DNA of 64,000 nucleotides from Candidatus Oxydemutatoraceae bacterium (GTDB lineage Bacteria; Pseudomonadota; Gammaproteobacteria; Poriferisulfidales; Oxydemutatoraceae): NCBI GenBank assembly GCA_965220085.1, contig CBDCOZ010000003.1, positions 1,963,667 to 2,027,666 of the forward strand, read 5' to 3'. Shown piece by piece: positions 60,454 to 64,000 of this stretch (position 1 is its first letter; each line of letters starts with the position of its first letter). The notes under the pieces were generated by a model. It saw only the letters and a program-made list of their open reading frames with translations, ran no database searches and was not told where the DNA came from. The position numbers and the translations under genes were made by a program.

Positions 60454-61749
60454 TTACCGCAGGGGCCCCTCAAGGAAGAGGCGTAGCCGCAAGAACAGGT
60501 CCGTACTTTCCACCAGATTTATCGTCAGGGTGGCATCGGCTGTGGCCTCGTTGGCCGGCGCCGGTGTCGGATTCGTCTGTGTGGGGGAAGGGGCATCGGC
60601 GCCGGTGTCGCGCACCCGGTATCTGAAGGTCGCATAGCTCTCACCGACGGGGGCGCCGTCAGCCGGATAGTATGCCAGAGTGTCCAGCTGGGCCAGGCTC
60701 AGGGGGGTGTCTGCGGCTATGGTGGTGTCGGCATCGCCCACCAGCACCAGAGTGCCGGCCGTGGGCGTGGTGATTATGCGGATGCCGTTGATGGTGTCGC
60801 CATCCTCATCGGCGGTGATGGGAAAGTCGCCCCTTGCAAAGCGGTGCGGCCTGGCGGAGTCGGCGTTGTTCGGAACTGAGACAGTGCTGGGGCCGCCTGT
60901 GGGCGCATCGCTGACATTGCGTATCAGCCCCCCATCGGTGCATACTGTCTCCTCGTGGCCCAGCCGGTCATCAAAAGTGATGCAGACGCGCACATACATG
61001 CCCGCCTGCGCTTGAGTCGGAGCGAAGTTGCGCTCTTGGTTGGCAGTGCCGCCGACACCGGGGATGTCGAAGTAGGGGCCGTCCTGGGCGGCGGATTGCT
61101 GCCATGTATGGAGGAGCCTGCTAAGCCCGCTCGGCGCTCCATTGGGGTCCATGATAGTGCCGATAGTATTGACCAGTATCAAAATATCCTCGTCATACAG
61201 TTCTCCGGCGCTGGCAGCGATAAGTTCCGGCATGCCGGTGGCGGGCATCTGCACACTTTCCAGCAGATTGATATTCATGGTGGCGGCGCTGAAAGGGGAT
61301 GCCACGCCGCCGGCCGTCACATTGAATGTGAACCAGGCGTAGCTATCCTTGGCGGCCGCGCCCGCCGGCGGATACCAGGTGAGGGTGTTGATGCTGGATG
61401 CCGCCAAAGTGTAGGGCACATTGTCAGCGGCGCTGTCGTCATCGATGAGGGCGGTGCTGCCCACCCGCAGAGCGCCGAGGGCCGGCAAGGTCTCTATGCT
61501 TATGCTGTTCAGGGTCAGGGCGCCGCTGTCCGCATTCGCAAAAAGGAAGTCGCTCTCCTTGAAAGCGTGCGGGCTGTCGGCGGTGGCATTGTTCTTCACA
61601 TATACGGCGCTGTGGGATGCGGACGGCCGTTGCGCCTGGGCCTGGGCGCAGATGGCAACCAGGGCCAGCAGAACCAGCGCCCGGAGGCTAAACCGCGTCA
61701 TCGTTGCGCCCCGGCGCCGGCGAGCGGTATCAAAAATTTGTCGTCTCAT
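60454..61749 (-). CDS. Secreted Ig-like repeat protein, family member D (subfamily 2). Ends in RLRLRLFLEGPLR.
   Basis: MRRQIFDT leader, signal peptide LLALVAICAQAQA, and …TLTINLVESTDLFLRLRLFLEGPLR. Confidence 0.75.
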   Translation of the reverse strand: MRRQIFDTARRRRGATMTRFSLRALVLLALVAICAQAQAQRPSASHSAVYVKNNATADSPHAFKESDFLFANADSGALTLNSISIETLPALGALRVGSTALIDDDSAADNVPYTLAASSINTLTWYPPAGAAAKDSYAWFTFNVTAGGVASPFSAATMNINLLESVQMPATGMPELIAASAGELYDEDILILVNTIGTIMDPNGAPSGLSRLLHTWQQSAAQDGPYFDIPGVGGTANQERNFAPTQAQAGMYVRVCITFDDRLGHEETVCTDGGLIRNVSDAPTGGPSTVSVPNNADSARPHRFARGDFPITADEDGDTINGIRIITTPTAGTLVLVGDADTTIAADTPLSLAQLDTLAYYPADGAPVGESYATFRYRVRDTGADAPSPTQTNPTPAPANEATADATLTINLVESTDLFLRLRLFLEGPLR

Positions 61750-61893
61750 AGTATTTCTCCTAATGGTTTGTATTTCGTAAATGCGGTTGCGCAATGAGCG
61801 CTTCCGCCCCAAAGACATCCGCAAGTATCTCCGTATCCTGTCTCATCCTCGCGCGCCTCATAACACTCTCCTTCTCCATCGCAGTTACTCGCA
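61750..61893 (-). promoter_or_regulatory. Conserved cassette boundary, E/D junction
   Basis: As above. Confidence 0.6.
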
Positions 61894-62735
61894 TTACCGC
61901 AGGGGGCCTTCAAGGAAAAGGCGCAAGCGCAGACGCACCTCAGGCACCAGATTGGCTTCTGTCACCAGTTCGCCATCGCTACACAGCGACCCGTCCAGCC
62001 CTTCCTGTGCGGGCGTGTCAAACTGATCCATGAAAGAAACGCAGGCGCGCACGTACTTGTCCAGTTGTTCGGTCTGCGGCGCGAAGAAGTCGGAAGAAGT
62101 GGCGCCCGCTATGTCGCCGTAGGCGCCCATGGGGGTGTCGGCCTGTTGCCACCGCCAGATTAGGGTGCTGATATCAATGCCGTTGATATCCGTCACACCG
62201 GCGATGGAAGCTGTGATTCCGGCATCGGCGGTGATTGTGGGCGCGCCGGCGGCGGCCGTCTGCGTGGATGCGCTCACCAGATCGATGGTCATGGTGACGG
62301 TGTCGCTGTAGTCGCTGTTCGGGCCGGAAATAATCAGGCCGTCCCCGACAGCCACTATGTAAGTGAAGCTGGCGTAGCCGCTGGTAACGGAGATGCCATC
62401 CGCAGGGGGGGCGTATGCCAATCTGAAAGCAAAGAAGGGTATTGCGTCCAGGGGAGCAACTGAGATGCCATCAGCCCGAGTCAGAGTGCCTGTGCTGGGC
62501 AACGATTGGACAATGACCGCGTTGAAAGCATCCCCATCATCATCTCTGTAAGGAAAATCACTGATTGTGAAATTGTAGTTGCCGCCAATTGGGACATCAA
62601 CGCTGCTGTCCTCCGCCATGGGAACTGCAGCTTGAGTCCGGGTTGCGCCCAATGCCACAGAAATGCCAGCAGGCAGAGGATGCCGGCGGTTATCCGGCGA
62701 TTGCGGGGGGCGGTATCAAAAATTTGTCGTTTCAT
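61894..62735 (-). pseudogene. Family member E (subfamily 1) with a −1 frameshift in the signal-peptide region (~62655). Possibly a pseudogene or a sequencing error.
   Basis: MKRQIFDTAPRNRRITAGILCLLAFLW is in one frame. ALGATRTQAAVPMAEDSS… and the body are in the −1 frame. One extra G restores the B-like …FLWALGAT… sequence. Confidence 0.6.
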
Positions 62736-62875
62736 AGTATTTCTCCTAATGGTTTGTATTTCGCGAATGCGGTTGCGCAATGAGCGCTTCTGCCACAAAG
62801 ACATCCGCAAGTATCTCCGTATCCTGTCTCATCCTCGCGTGCTTCATCACACTCTCCTCTCCGCAGTTACTCGCA
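62736..62875 (-). promoter_or_regulatory. Conserved cassette boundary, F/E junction
   Basis: As above. Confidence 0.6.
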
Positions 62876-64000
62876 TTACCGCAACGGGCCTTCAAGAAAG
62901 AGACGCAAGCGCAAGTTCAGATTCGAAGGCCCTTCCACCAGATCTATCGTCAGGGTGGCATCGCGGCTGGCCTCGGTGGCCGGGCCGTCGGCGCCGGTGT
63001 CGCGCACCCGGTAGGTAAAAGCGGCATAGCCGGCGCCGACGGGGGCGCCGTCATCCGGGTAGTATGCCAAGTCGTCCAGTTCGGTCAGGGTCAGGGCGGC
63101 GCCTGCGACTATGGCGGGGCCGGTACCGCCCGCCAGCACCAGGGTGCCGGCCGTGGGCAGGGAGGTTATGCGGATGCCGTTGATGGTGTCGCCATCCTCA
63201 TCGCTGATGGGAAAGTTTGAGCGTGAAAAGCGGTGCGGTCTGGCGGACCTGGCAGTGTTCGCCACCTTAACAATGGTGCTGCGGCCGACGGGCGCATCGC
63301 TGATATTGCTTACGCGGGTACCCTCGGTGCATACTGTCTCCTCGTGGCCCAGCAGGTCATCAAAGGTGAGGCAGACGCGGAGATACAGTCCCACGTGCTC
63401 TTGAGCCGGAGTGAGGAGGCGCGCGTTGGGGCCAGTGCCGCCGGTACCGGGGATGTTGGCATAGGGACCGCCCTGAGTGGCGGATTGTTGCCATGCGTAG
63501 GTGGGATCCTCAATCCGTCTCGGCCTTCCATTGGGGTCCATGATAGTGCCATAAGAATTGACCAGTATCCTGGTGTCCTCGTCAAACAGTTCTCCGGCGC
63601 CGGTAGCAAGAAGTTCCGGCATGCCGGTTGCGGGCATTTGCACGCCCTCCAGCAGATGGATAAACATATTGGCGCCACTGAAAGGGGATGACGCGCCGCC
63701 GGCCGCCACATTGAATTTGAACGAGGCGTAGCTATTCTTTGCGGCCGCGCCCGTCGGCGGATACCAAGTGAGGTCGCCTATGCTGGCGGCCGCCACAGTG
63801 TAGGGCACATTGTCATTGGCGCTGCCATCGTCTATGAGGGCGGCGCTGCCCACCCGCAGTGTGCCGAGGGCCGGCAAGGTTTCTACGATTACGCTGTCCA
63901 AGGTCAGGGTGCCGCCGTCCGCATCCACAAAAGTGAAGTCACTTGCCTTGAAGGCATGCGCATTGTCGGCGTCGGCATTGTTATGCACAAATACGAAGCT
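62876..64000 (-). CDS. Family member F (subfamily 2, D-like), truncated at the 5' end by the window edge. Ends in RLRLRLFLEGPLR.
   Basis: Open to the window end. The body aligns to D (…PHRFSRSNFPISDEDGDTINGIRITSLPTAGTLVLAGG…). Confidence 0.7.
   Translation of the reverse strand, partial: SFVFVHNNADADNAHAFKASDFTFVDADGGTLTLDSVIVETLPALGTLRVGSAALIDDGSANDNVPYTVAAASIGDLTWYPPTGAAAKNSYASFKFNVAAGGASSPFSGANMFIHLLEGVQMPATGMPELLATGAGELFDEDTRILVNSYGTIMDPNGRPRRIEDPTYAWQQSATQGGPYANIPGTGGTGPNARLLTPAQEHVGLYLRVCLTFDDLLGHEETVCTEGTRVSNISDAPVGRSTIVKVANTARSARPHRFSRSNFPISDEDGDTINGIRITSLPTAGTLVLAGGTGPAIVAGAALTLTELDDLAYYPDDGAPVGAGYAAFTYRVRDTGADGPATEASRDATLTIDLVEGPSNLNLRLRLFLEGPLR

Noticed and set aside
57417-64000. 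Diversity-generating retroelement (DGR) targets as an explanation for the conserved 3' ends
   Set aside because: No reverse transcriptase, template repeat or adenine-specific substitution pattern is visible in the window. The variable parts are the gene bodies rather than a C-terminal VR.

Overview
This 64-kb window is a high-GC (~60%) chromosomal segment whose gene order resembles a gammaproteobacterium (E. coli/Pseudomonas-like synteny). Recognisable housekeeping genes are trxB–ftsK–lolA; smpB/ratA–ratB; maf | yceD–rpmF–plsX–fabH; uvrC–pgsA–tRNA-Gly/Cys/Leu; the moxR–DUF58–DUF4381–batA–batB–batD aerotolerance operon; mtaD; ask–(insert)–csrA–tRNA-Ser; leuC–leuD–leuB–asd–fimV–truA; and dapA–bamC | bcp. 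Three features are not explained by ordinary annotation. (1) Short tandem arrays (61–180 bp, 2–8 copies) sit exactly on gene junctions and duplicate gene 3' ends. At the three same-strand junctions (ftsK/lolA, DUF58/DUF4381, batD/mtaD) every extra copy is an intact, start/stop-overlapping mini-ORF that fuses the downstream gene's start to the upstream gene's C-terminus. (2) A low-GC (~37%) island inserted beside csrA–tRNA-Ser(GCU) carries an AlwI-family type IIS restriction enzyme, a beta-class methyltransferase, an unusual RadC(JAB)::Dam-like methyltransferase fusion, and a PD-(D/E)xK protein. (3) Two paralogous surface-protein families have conserved cassette-like DNA flanks. One is a set of coiled-coil tail-anchored (DUF1640-like) proteins. 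The other is a tandem array of six secreted Ig/cadherin-like proteins that share an invariant leader and signal peptide and an invariant C-terminal 'RLRLRLFLEGPLR' tag encoded together with conserved intergenic DNA. These genes also carry a poly-G(18) tract, a G6 frameshift and promoter microsatellites, which suggests contingency-type variation.
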